Below, piece by piece: positions 25,501 to 38,500 of a stretch of DNA of 64,000 bases. The position numbers were made by a program, and so were the translations under genes. How positions within the stretch are numbered: position 1 is the first letter of the stretch; each line of letters opens with the position of its first letter. Source of the stretch: Lama glama (lineage: Eukaryota). The stretch is taken from positions 7,256,001 through 7,320,000 of the forward strand of contig CM052816.1 in assembly GCA_028534125.1 (NCBI GenBank), read 5' to 3'. The notes beneath the pieces are model-generated. The model had not been told where the DNA came from, ran no database searches, and saw only the letters and a program-made list of their open reading frames with translations.

Positions 25501-28500
25501 ATCAGTAACAGCCCTACTGCAGAGAAGGCTGACATTCTCTCCTTCGAACACAACTTCCCATCCTTCAGCTCCAACAACTTACTCTTGTCCTGGAAGGACA
25601 GACTCTGGCAAAAGGGGGAAAGGGAAAGGCAGATGCTAGCAGCAGTCTCCTGATCCTGAAGACAAAGGGAGTCAGGAGGAGTGATGCGCCATCGGGGGTG
25701 CTGAGGCAGACTGTGGGTGGGGGAGACAAGGGCCTCTGCTGCGACATCTGTTTGGAACCTGTCCTGTTACCCTTTGACCTCAGAGAGTGGATTAGTCCCC
25801 TTGGAAGGAGGATGCTTTTCCCTTGAAAAACAGGCCTAAGCTGGCTCTCTGCCTGGGCCCACTCTGTCCCTCCCTGTTTGGGAGAGGGAAGAGATCTCTC
25901 ACCTAAGGCAACAGCTTCTCTCCTTCTTCCAAATCCCTGCCTGTTTACTGTTAACAGTTCCCTGACACCAGGTCTAGCAAAATGCCCCAGAGGACAGAGA
26001 TGTTCTTAGTCTTCCTGTAGTTGAGGAGAAGAAATTTTTATCAGCATGAACATTTGAAAATTAAAAGAATAAATTAACAATGGCTCCCTGCCCCTAGCCC
26101 ACCTTTCTTATCCTACTTTCGTTACTGAGTATCTTGGATGGTTTCCCAATGCCCTTAAGGTAAAGCCAGACCCTGCTGTGTCCCACAGACTTGCGCCTGA
26201 CCTGGCCCCTGCTGACCTTTCTGGCTTCATCTTGCCTCTCTCACTCTATCACTCCCTAGTTGCAGCCACATGCCCTGCTTCAGTTCATGCTCTCTCCTGG
26301 CACAGGGCCTTTGCACATGCTGTTCCTTCTGCCAGGAGTCTCTTCTCCTCTTCTTTTTCAGGCTAACTCCCACTCTTCTTTCAGATCTTGGCCCAACTGT
26401 CCCTTCCTTAGAGAAGTTTTTCCTGACACTATGCTACACCTCCCAGCAGCAACTACTTTTTAAAAAACACTTATCACACAGAACATTCCATTAATTATCT
26501 ACGTCCTTCACTGGACTTCAAAGGCACTCCAGAAAAGGAACCTTGACTGATTTGTGCCCACTAGAATATTTCTGGTGCCTGGCATATAGCATGACTTTAA
26601 TAAATAATTAGGAAATGAGCAAATAAATCTCTGACAGCACCCACAATCTTTGGTTAAGGCCAAGATTCATTTATTCAGCAAACATTTAAAGGTGTCTGCC
26701 CTTATAGGGCATTTAAACTGTGTGCTATGGAGAGATGGGAGAATAAATAAAACAATTTCAGGCCTTCAGGAATTCAATCTATCAGGAGCGTGAAGATCTG
26801 GATAGAGAAAAAAACTATAAGAACCAGTGTAAAAACAGTACAGCATCATAAAACATGTGTAGGTATGATGCTGTGACTGTTCAGAGGAGAGAAGGCTGCT
26901 CAGTGTATTGGATCAGCAAAGGTACATGGAACAGGAATGGTTATGCTCGGCTGAAGGGTGGGGAGAACTGTGACAGGCAGCAGCAGTCTGGGAGGGCACC
27001 TGGGCAAGGCCAGTGACAGGAGCAATAGCCAGGAGGGAAGAAGACCCGGGTCTTGTTGAAGACAGAGCAAGTAGGTCCATTTTCTGAAGGCATATCCATT
27101 CCCACCACTTATTAACTGTAAGATCTTGGGAAAGTTGCTTAACTGCTCTATGTCTGAGTTTTCTTACCAGTAAAAGGGGGACAATTACAGCTACCTCCTG
27201 GGTGGTTGAGAAGATCAAATGGGTTAATAGAGATATATAAGGAGCTTTGAAGAAATCTGGCTGTGGAAGAGCTCAGTGAGTGGTGGCTCTGCTCATTCTG
27301 AGGGAGGGCAGAGGAGGGACAGGAAGTTGGGAAGGTCGGTGGGTTAAGACCCGGATGGCAGTGGGGCACGATGAGAAGAGTAGAAGGATCTGGAACCCAT
27401 TAGAGTGAAATCAACAGTAGTTGGAAAACCACTGGATGAGGAAAGAGATGAGAGGGAAGAGGCTGAGGAGGGCCTGAGATGGGGTGACAGGGGACACTGG
27501 TTTGGAGGGCAGGAATGATTAAGAGCGGAATGGCTGTGCCCACCTTGTGCCAGGAGGGTCCTCGGTGGACCCTCACCAGCCCCCTGGGATGGTTCTGCCA
27601 TGTCCTCATCCTACAGGGGCGCTTCCTGGGAGTCATGACGCCGACTTCAGAGTTGGGGATGAGGCTAAGAACAGGGGCAACGCCTGGAGAAGATGGGGGC
27701 CCCTGAAAAGGTCGGGGGAGGCAGTGGTGAGAGAAAGGAGAGAGAGGAAAGAAAAACAAGAGATGGAGGAAGAGCGACTGAGATTCTGAGATGCAGAGAT
27801 GGAGAGGGAGAGAGGAAGACATGGGAAGGCAGAGAGAAGGGAAGATGAGGGATAAACAGGGAGAGAGGAGAGAAGAAGGGGGATGAAGAGAGAGCAGGAG
27901 TGGGGCAGAGAGCAGGACTGCGCCAGAAGGAAGGCTTCCTGACAAGGCCTTCTAATCCCTGCGAGTCCTGGGGGCACCGGATGCCGGCCCTTTCCCATCA
28001 GGCCTCTCAGCCGGTGGACAGGCTGGGTGGGCGACCTGAAACAATATTCATTCTATCCGAGAGGAGCGTGCCTTCCTCTCCTACTGGAAGGGCCTCTGGC
28101 TGTGGGGCTTTCCAGGAACTTTTGTCCAATCCCTCCCACGCCTGCCTTCAGTGAGGGAAGAAAAATCTGGGATGACTTGACTCTATAGCACAAAGATAAG
28201 AACATGCCCCTGACAGAGGTCACTCCTCACACCACACTCCCATTTCCAGCACCGGAGGCCCCGCCCCAACCCTAGACCCCCCTTCCCCCCACAGAGCCCC
28301 CATCCCCACACTTCATTCCCTTACTCCATCATTTAATTGCCTAAACAAGATCAAGAAACATTCTGAAAGTTTTTAGACAACCCACTGACCCCTGCTAATA
28401 GCTCTCCTTTCACTTAAAAGAGACCTCCCTACCAGGCTACGACCTCTCAGTCTGTGGGCTTGGATGCCCCTCTGGGGCCCTGACCACCTCAATCTTGACA

Positions 28501-31500
28501 TCACTGATGCTTGTAGAGAACTGGCACCTTCGCTCCTTTGTGGCCTCAACTTACAGACATAGTGCCTAGAAAATTACAACCAGAGTTCCAGCTCACTAAG
28601 TCCACCTTCCTTAATTCACAGAGGAGCTGGGAGGAGTCCAGAGGAGCCCTTCTCCGGCTCATCTGTGCCAGCAGGCATGGGAAGAGCCGGTCCTAGGTGC
28701 CAGTTGAATAACAGAGTAACAACAAAGGAGTAAAGGGCCACCCCTTTGTAATTTCTCATGAATAGAAGGCAATGACCGTGATGGCTGTGATAACTCCTGA
28801 GAAGCTGCCTGTTTTACTCAACAATATACTGTGCTCAGCACCCTCCTAATGGTGAAAGTAGGACGCAGGCGGGAACCACCGCTGATACCAACACTTCTGT
28901 CATCCTCTCCCCTTCCTCACGTCCCCACCTCTGTCTCCAGGGTTCCATTTCCCCTTCATGTTCTTGCTCTCCAAAGACCAAAAAGATTCTGACCTAGGCT
29001 TTGAATGGAACCCCTGAACTTACAGCCCAGTAAAATGGCCCTGGAGTTCTGTGCTCCAACCACCCTCCTACCATCTCTCCCCCAGGTCTCCTGTCCACGG
29101 CCCGGCAGCTGGACCGAGAGACCAAGGACGAACACATCCTGGAGGTGAGCAGTGCTACTGAACCCCTTTGCTGGACTGTAAAACCTCCTGAAGGAGTCCA
29201 GGCTGGAGCCAAGCCCAGCCTTGGGGCCACATGCATGTCTCCAGACTGTAGCTGAGCAGGGTGCTGACTCAGGGAGGAGCTCCTGCTTAAGCTGAATCTT
29301 GCTGTGATTGGTGGTGAAGACTCTCGGGTCTTTGCTGGCACCGTGAAGGGAAGGAATCTGAAACCATGTCTGGGAGGGACAGGAAACACTGACTGATTAG
29401 CAACGTCTACAGTGAATGCAGGAAGAGGGAGTACACCTGCACTACGTGCTTGTCCAGTCCAGTTTCCAGCCCACCCCCACGGTCCAGAGAGAGTCACTCA
29501 AGGTCAAACACTGGGTCAGTAGCAGAGCAAGCATGAAAACACAGATTTCTGTCTTCTAGATCTGTGCTCTTTCTAGGATATCTCTAAAATCACATACGCA
29601 TTTCTGGTGACCATTCCAATAAGAGGTGTTGGTCTCGACCTAGAGGGGATTAAATCAGAAGGGGTCTGGTTACGCCCCTCCTGTGCTGTCCATAACTGAT
29701 GAGAAGGTATCTCTTCTAGTCTTAAAGACACCAGGTGGGAGGCACACATATTCCTCAGCAGCACTGATAAATTTGCCTTCTGTGCTCCGAGTCTCTACAC
29801 CTTCCCTCTGTAAGAAACAGGCATTACTAGTAAGAGTAAGCAGCAGCTAAACGGAATTCTAAGATAAGCTATTTGGGTGGGGGAGGTAATTAAGTTTATT
29901 CATTCATGTATTTATTTATTTATTTTAATGGAGGTACTGGGGGTTGAACCCAGGACCTTGGACATGCTAAGCACACGCTCTACCACTGAGCTATACCCTC
30001 CCCCTTAAATGGCCTTCTAGGGACTGAAACGTTTTCCACAGTTCAGTAGAGGGATTTGTCTTGAAACATCAAAATATTTACAAAATTTGGACTCATTTAG
30101 AGTGTCCTACCTCATACTGATGTGGGGAATGATTTGCCCCTAGATGAAACGGCACCTGATTCCGAACTTGTTTTAGTGCCTGTGCTGTCTCTGGATTTCA
30201 TTTCAGGCATCAGGCCACAGGTCTGACTCCAAAAGTACCACCTACGCCTCCATAAACAGCTTCTCCTTTGTTTTATTCTAACCTCCAGTAGCTTAAGGAA
30301 AGCAGAGAACAAAGCTTCTCTGAGAATTACGAGCAAATAAAAAGTAAATGGTCACTGCGAGAAATGGCCCATGGGCCTCCCGAGTAAAGAGCTTCAGCTT
30401 TTGTCTAGAGCCTTTGCAACTCTGTCTTCTTCCAGTCCTTTCTGGTTTCTTTCTCTGTTCTTGTTTCCTGTGGGCGAGGTTACCAGAGAGCTGGCTTCCA
30501 AGTACGTGAGCTTATAATAATAAAAACCACAAGCACATAGCACAGAACAGACTGACTGATAGGTCCAGGCTTTCGAAGGCAGGGGTAGTGGCAGGGTTGT
30601 GGTGGGTGGCGATACGTCTTCATTGCTTTGTATCTGTCAACTCATGCTGGATTCTGTCCCCAGGTGACTGTGCTGGATAACGGGGAGCCCTCCCTGAAGT
30701 CCACCTCCAGGGTGGTGGTGCGCATCTTGGACGTCAATGACAACCCCCCTGTCTTCTCCCACAAGCTCTTCAATGTCCGTCTTCCAGAGAGGCTGAACCC
30801 GGTGACCCCTGGGCCTGTGTACAGGCTGGTGGCTTCAGACCCAGATGAGGGTCTCAATGGCAGGGTCATCTACAGTATCGAGGAGAGTGACGAGGGGGGC
30901 TTCAGTATCGACCCGGTCACAGGTGTGGTGTCATCCAGCAGCACCTTCACAGCTGGAGAGTACAACATCCTCACGGTGAGGGGTGGATGCAGGCTGTGGA
31001 GGGGGTGTGGCATAACTGGCTAAGGATATTCTTTGAGGATACAGGAGGAGGAAGACAGCCACGAGGCATGATGAAGGTGGTACTCCCCTCCGTGGCTTTC
31101 TCCCAGAGAAATGGAAACTCGACTTCAGCCAAAAGCTCAGAATTCTGGGCCTTTCTCTTTGAGGGCAATAAGGTCCTTGCCTGGAAAATCCACTCTATCC
31201 TTAGAGATAAGAATTTTGATGAGGGTAGCAGAGGCTTTGGAATCAAGATAAGCCTGGGTTCCAACCATAGCACTGCTTGTGTGGACTTGGACAAGTCATT
31301 TAACCCCGTGAGCCTTGGTTTTATCATCTGTAAAATGGGGATAAGAACACATTCATTGTAGGAAGCCCATAAAGCACGTGACTAGGGCCTGGGGCTGTCA
31401 TCTCAGTAGCCTGAATCCAATCCCAGCCTCACTGCTGGCCAGGCAGACAATCCTCAGCAGCTGAATTGGGCTGAGCCTCAGTTTCCTCCTGCAAAAGGGA

Positions 31501-32529
31501 GGTGGTAAATGTACCTCTCTGAGGGCTGTCATGAGGATTAAATAAGATACTGCACATATCGTTCTTAGTGCAGGGCCTGATCACAATAAATTCTAGTCTA
31601 TTATGTTTATGGTTTGGGGAAGGGTCCATGCATGTTAAATTCAGTTTAGGAACCAGTAAACAGAAGGCCTTCAGTTAATAGTGGCTTTGATTCATTTTTT
31701 TCATCATTTGATTCAAGTTTCATGTGAAACTTTTCACAAGTTTCACTAACTATGAAAGTTTGACTCATAGTTTCAGAACCATGAGTTTCTGAGCACAGTT
31801 CTACGTTCTGTTCACCACTGTGCCCCCGACAACTGGCATGGTCCCTGTTTCCAGAAAGCCCTCAGCTGTGTTGAATGGATAAATGAATGAATGAGAGGTC
31901 AGTTCAGTCAGTCACAGGGTGCTTTGTCTCTTGGTCTCGCCACCTGGATCTTTTGTTTCTTGGCCCCAGCCCTACAGATAAAGCTTCAATTTCAGTTTTG
32001 CAATCTTTTCAGATCAAGGCAACAGACGGTGGGCAGCCACCACTTTCGGCTAGTGTCCGGCTACACATCGAGTGGATCCCCCAGCCCCGGCCCTCTTCCG
32101 TCCCACTGGCCTTTGACGAATCCCACTACAGCTTTACAGTGATGGAGACAGACCCCGTGAACCACATGGTGGGGGTCATCAGTGTTGAGGGCCGACCTGG
32201 TCTCTTCTGGTTCAGCATCTCAGGTGAGGGCCCAAGGAGGGCCAGCCCCTCCTATCCTTACAGACCACTCTAGTCCTCATGGCACAGTCCTTTTGAGCCC
32301 TCTCAAGGTCACACTTTCCAGCAGCCACTGTTTTGGCCATGAATGGTGACTGCCTCTTCCCTGGTTCTCTGCGGCAAGGGGTAGTCAGGGTACCACTTCT
32401 GCCAAGCTTTCCTTCCACACCAGCTGTGACCTCAGGTGGAACCTCCATGGTCTCACTGGTAACCCTGGCCAAGAGCCGGACAGGGCCTCAGCTACCCCGA
32501 GTTCCTGAGAGCCCTAAGATGGTGGTCCA

Positions 32530-32564
<35 letters not shown>

Positions 32565-35500
32565 CTGCATACAAATTTAGGGGGTTTATAGATTCTCTGA
32601 AACCCAGCCAGGGATTCCAGGTTAAGAATCTCTAATCTAAGAGTTTCAGTACCACCTGGACCATGAAGTCCAATTACAGAGATTCCCAGGCTGCTTCAGA
32701 GATTGGGTACCAACCTGTCTCAAGCTTTCTGACCTCCTGGATTCACTTCCAGTACCGATTCACTGCTTGTTTTAAGTGTTTGGGTTTTTTTGTTGTTGTT
32801 GCTGCACAAAGTTAATACATGTACTCTGTAAAACATTCAGAAAACAATGAGTACAGAGAAGAAAATAAAAATCAACTAAACTCCCACCTATCGGAAGGTA
32901 ATCCACTGTTATAATTTTGATGTTTCCTTCTAGTCATTTTCCTTTACACACACACATGCATAGGGTTATATTTAAATACTGTCTTACAACCTTTTAAAAC
33001 ATATCATGAACATATTTCCACATCACTAAACAGATTTCTACTAGTAGATATTTAAATAGCTACATGCTAATTCTGTACTTTGGAGTCTCATCATTTATTA
33101 AATCAATTCCCTCTGGCTGAAAAGAGTTAGTTCCATTTTTCCCTGCATCTAGGCTCCTTTAGACCATGCAAATTATCTGTAAGCCACAATGTAGAGTCCA
33201 TTACTCCTGCATGTTTCAATCCTAGTAGCAGCATACATTCAATGGTATATTTTGGTCCTCTGGGACTCTTAAGTCCTTGTAAGTTTACCTTTTCCTGTAT
33301 CATCATTAGGATCTTAATAATTTGATAATAACTTGACCAGAGCTGCTACCACCTCCTCTATATCTGCAAGCCAAATCCCATAGCAGGTGTGCCACTACCC
33401 ACATCACTGAGGTTGTGTGTGCTTTCCTCCTACTTCCCCTCCAGGTGGGGACAAGGACATGGACTTTGACATTGAGAAGACCACGGGCAGCATCGTCATC
33501 GCCAGGCCCCTAGATACAAGGAGAGGGTCGAGCTATAACTTGACTGTGGAGGTGACTGATGGGTCCCACACCATTGCCACCCAGGTGAGAGGCCTCATGG
33601 GGAACCCCGGTGGAGAGGAGATGGGAGGCCTCCTTGGTGGGAAAGCAGCTCTGCTCACCATTGTACCACCAAGCACACAGGGGCCTCCTCAGTTGGGATG
33701 AGGATGCAGAAGACTCTCTGTGGATGTGGTATACCTCAAAGAACACTGAATTTGGCATCAAGGTTCTGCATTCCAGTCTTATCTGATATACCCTCTAAAT
33801 CTGTGGTCTTGGGAGAATTCCTGTTTCTACTGTGGATCTCTGTATAATGAGGGGCTTTGTCTAAATGAGTGGTTTTCTTTTTCTTTTTTTAAAAATAAGC
33901 GGTTTTCAATTAAAGATAGAGTGTCACAGGGCAACCATGGATATAAGGAATGAAGGAAATGGGGCTCTGGGTTTATACTCTGGTTTCAGCCAGTTTTATT
34001 TGTGTCATATTTGGAATTTCACCAAAAATTTTTCATCTGAAGAAAAGACCCTTTAACAAGAATTTTGTTTTTGAAAACCACTAGAATGCATACTATTTGA
34101 AAGCCTTGTGATTTTGAAATCCTGTCATTCATTCAACAAATATTTATCAAGTGACTGCTGTGTGCCAAGCACCATTGTAACGATGGAGAACTAGACAGAC
34201 GAGGTCCCTGTCCCCCTGGAGTTTACAGTGTATCTTCTCTCACTCTCCTCCCCAGGTCTACATCTTCATGATTGCCAATGTTAACCACCATCGGCCCCAG
34301 TTTTTGGAGGCTCATTATGAGGTCAGAGTTCCCCAGGACACACTGCCTGGGGTTGAGCTCCTCCGAGTCCAGGCCACTGATCAAGACAAGGGCAAAGGCC
34401 TCATCTACACTATACATGGCAGCCAAGACCCGGGAAGTGCCAGCCTCTTTCAGCTGGACCCAAGTAGTGGTGTCCTGGTAACTGTGGGGAAATTGGACCT
34501 GAGCTCGGGGCCATCCCAGCACACACTGACAGTTATGGTGAGTTAACTGAAAAACTGGGTAAAAATGCACTTGCATGTGGACGTGCGGGGGTGGACACGC
34601 TTGGAGGCATACTGAAGGTTCCCCTTCCCCTGGTGAGCCAGGTGTACTGATGCTCATGATGATAATCCACGAGATGAGTTGTGACATCTCACAGTCTGCC
34701 AGAGGCACCTTCCATAATGGACGCCCGGGAGTTAGGAAAGAGATGGGACAGCTGCCAAAGAAGCTCCTGCAACCTTGGCTTTGTCTGGGCTCACTCCAAA
34801 TCCCTCCCAACAAGTCTGCTGTATGACTGTATGATCACAACAATGTGAATTTACATCCCATCAGAGCTGGGAGGGACCCAGAGAACATCCCACCCAGAGC
34901 AAGCACTAGGATGAGGTGAGCGAGGTATGGAGGGTACAAATTTAGGAGGACTTAACTCTCTGGGTCATATGCCTGCACTTTTATGACCCCGAGAATGAGA
35001 GCCTCCTTAAGTTGATGCCCTACATGCCTCATTTGCATCACTCTAGTCCCAGCCCTGGTCCCACCCATTTCTCTTATCTTACACCTGAGACCCGTAGAGG
35101 AAGAGAGACTTGCTCACCATCATCCAGTTCTTGATGGCAGAACCAGAATCAGAGTCCAGCCTTCCTGACTCAAGGTTCAAGGTTCTTATGTGTTAGTTTA
35201 TCATCCTCTGGGCATTTAAATACACACTAAAGGCTCTGAGAAGTCCGGCAGCTAAGAAAACTTCAACTTCATTTAATTCAGTGCTCCTTAAATTTATCTG
35301 ACCATAGAACTTTTTTCCCTCTGAATAACATGTTAACACCTTGGAGAACAAATATTCTCTGAGAATTAAACTGGAAAATACTGCTTCTCCACTTATTTCT
35401 GCCTTTCCCCTCAAGTGAGTTATCCATGCAAATAGCTAAGCCTAATAATCATGAAGTGATAAACTTACTTAAAAATAAAAAAGCGCATACATGAGAGCAA

Positions 35501-38500
35501 AACTTAAAAGAATAGAGAGTTACAACCAGGCATATTTTCCCCAGGCATTCTATTTCATTGACCTTAATCTAACCTTGCCCCCTCCCATTCCATCTGCTGC
35601 TCATCCCATTACCCCCTTGGGCCCACAGGTTCGTGACCAGGAGATGCCCATCAAGAGGAGCTTTGTGTGGGTGTCCATTCACGTGGAGGATGGAAACCTC
35701 CACCCACCCCGCTTCACCCAGCTCCACTATGAGGCAAGTGTTTCTGACACCACAGCCCCCAGCACAGAGCTGCTCCAGGTCCGAGCCATGGACGGTGATC
35801 GGGGAGCCAATGCTGAGGTCCACTACTCCCTCCTCAAAGGTGAGGGGCCTGGCCCTGGGTCCAGAATGTGAGGGGAGGTGCTCTGGCAATGAGGTATAGC
35901 ATCAGAGGCATGGATTTGTGAGTTATTCAAGTGCCAAGCTCGCTAAGCTTTGGCAAGTTATCATTCTAGGGCATTCCCTGGGACTATCATGACCAAAGTT
36001 ACTAAAAGTTATGTAAGGAATGGTTTAAAATTCTGTATAATGAAACTGAAGCTTTTCCTATAAAAGTCACCACTGACATACAGAGAGGAGTGTGTTTTCC
36101 TACAAAGTGTAAGTCTCCTCTCTTTGCTTCAAAAACCTACTATAGCTTTGGTTGGTAGCTTAAGTTGTGACTCAAAGAAAGACTCAGTGATTATTGGAGC
36201 TGCCATTAATGGAGCACCTACTATAAGGAATTTCATAAAATATGTACCAGCCCTACACATTATATCTCAATCCAGGGTGGCACAGGATGTAGCTTTTGCC
36301 CTGTCCAACTTTTGTGTGATAGCCTTCTACTGATCTAGAAAGCCTAGCTGGTATCTCCTGAAAATGTGGTCAACTTCTTGTCTTTGTTTCAGGGAACAGT
36401 GAGGGTTTCTTCAACATCAGTCCCCTACTAGGTATCATCACTCTAGCACGGAAACTGGATCAGGCAAATCATGCCCGGTATACTCTGACAGTGAAGGCAG
36501 AAGATCAAGGCTCCCCACAGAGGCATGACCTGGCCACGGTGATCATTCATGTCTACCCCTCGGAGAGCAGTGCCCCCATCTTTTCAAACACCGAGTTCTT
36601 TGTAGAGATCCCTGAATCAATCCCCATTGGTTCCCCAATTCTCCTTATCTCAGCTACAAGCTCCTCAGAAGTCACCTATGAGTTAAGAGAGGGGAACAAG
36701 GATGGCGTATTCTCCATGAACTCATACTCTGGCCTCATCTCCACCCAGAAGAACTTGGACCATGAGAAAATTTCATCTTACCAGCTGAAAATCCGAGGCA
36801 GCAACATGGCGGGTGTGTTTACTGATGTCGTGGTTCTTGTCTACATCATTGATGAAAATGACAATGCTCCCATGTTCTCCAAGTCGACTTTTGTGGGCCA
36901 AATCAGTGAAGCAGCTCCGCTGAACAGCATGATCATGGATGAAAACAACAATCCCCTTGTAATTCGTGCCTCTGACAGTGACAAAGAAGCTAATTCCTTG
37001 TTGGTCTATAAAATTTTGGAGCCAGAGGCTCTGAAGTATTTAAAAATTGATCCCAGCATGGGAACCCTAACCACCATATTCGAAATGGATTACGAGAGCA
37101 TGCCCTCTTTCCGATTCAGCATCTATGTCCATGACCAAGGAAGTCCCATCTTATTTGCACCCGGGGCTGCCCAGGTCATAATCAATGTCAGAAATGTAAA
37201 TGACTGTCCTCCCAGGTTCTCAGACCAGATATATGAAGTAGCAGTACTGAAGCCCATCCACCGGGGTATGGAGCTCCTCACGGTGCGGGCCAGTGATGAT
37301 GACTCAGAAATCCATTACAGCATCAAAACTGGCAATGCTGATGAAGCTGTTGCCATCCATCCCGTTACTGGCTGCATATCTGTGTTGAAGCCTGCTTTCC
37401 TGGGACTCTCTCGGGAGCTCATCATCACGGCTTCTGACGGCCTTTATCAAGATACTGCACTGGTAAAAATTTCTTTGGCACAAGCCCTTAACACAAGCTT
37501 GCAGTTTGATCGGGATGTCTACAGGGCAACAGTGAAGGAGAATTTGCTGGACATAAAGGCACTGGTGATTCTCGGTGCCCAGGGCAATCATTTGAATGAC
37601 ACCCTATCCTACTTCCTCTTGAACGGCACAGATATGTTTCACATGGTCAATTCAGCAGGCGTGTTGCAGACAAGAGGTTTGGCTTTTGACAGAGAACAAC
37701 AGGATACGCACGAGGTGGCAGTGGAATTGAGGGACAATCGGACACCTCAGCGGGTGGCTCAGGCTCTGGTCCGAGTCTCCGTTGAGGATGTCAATGACAA
37801 TCGCCCTGAATTTAAACATCTGCCCTACCACACAATCATCCAAGATGGCACAGAGCCAGGGGATGTCCTCTTTCAGGTATCCGCCACTGACCAGGACTTG
37901 GGGGTGAATGGTGCTGTCACATATGCATTTGCTGAAGAGTACACATATTTTCGAATTGACCCATATCTTGGGGATATATCATTGAAGAAACCCTTTGATT
38001 ATCAAGCTTTAAATAAGTATCACCTCAAAGTCATTGCTCGGGATAGAGGCACCCCATCCCTCCATACTGAGGAAGAGGTACTTGTCATTGTGAGAAATAA
38101 GTCCAACCCACTATTTCAGAGTCCTTACTACAAAGTCAGAGTGCCTGAAAATATCACACTCTATACCCCAATTCTCCACACCCAGGCTCGGAGTCCAGAG
38201 GGACTCCGGCTCATCTACAACATTGTGGAGGAAGAGCCCTTGATGCTGTTCACCACTGACTTTAAGACTGGTGTCCTAACAGTGACAGGCCCTTTGGACT
38301 ATGAGTCTAAGACCAAACATGTGTTTACAGTCAGAGCCACAGACACAGCTCTGGGGTCGTTTTCTGAGGCCACAGTGGAAGTCCTGGTGGAGGACGTCAA
38401 TGATAATCCTCCCACTTTCTCTCAGTTGGTATATACCACTTCAGTCTCAGAAGGCTTGCCTGCTCAGACCCCTGTGATCCAACTGTTGGCTTCTGACCAG

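Noticed and set aside
27400..27998. Leu/Ser-rich 181-aa and 121-aa minus-strand ORFs
   Set aside because: Translation artefacts of the GA-rich low-complexity tract.
29929..29998. tRNA-Ala(AGC) gene
   Set aside because: It has an extra 5' G-rich leader and an (AAAT)n SINE tail instead of a nearby oligo-T terminator. Called as a SINE.
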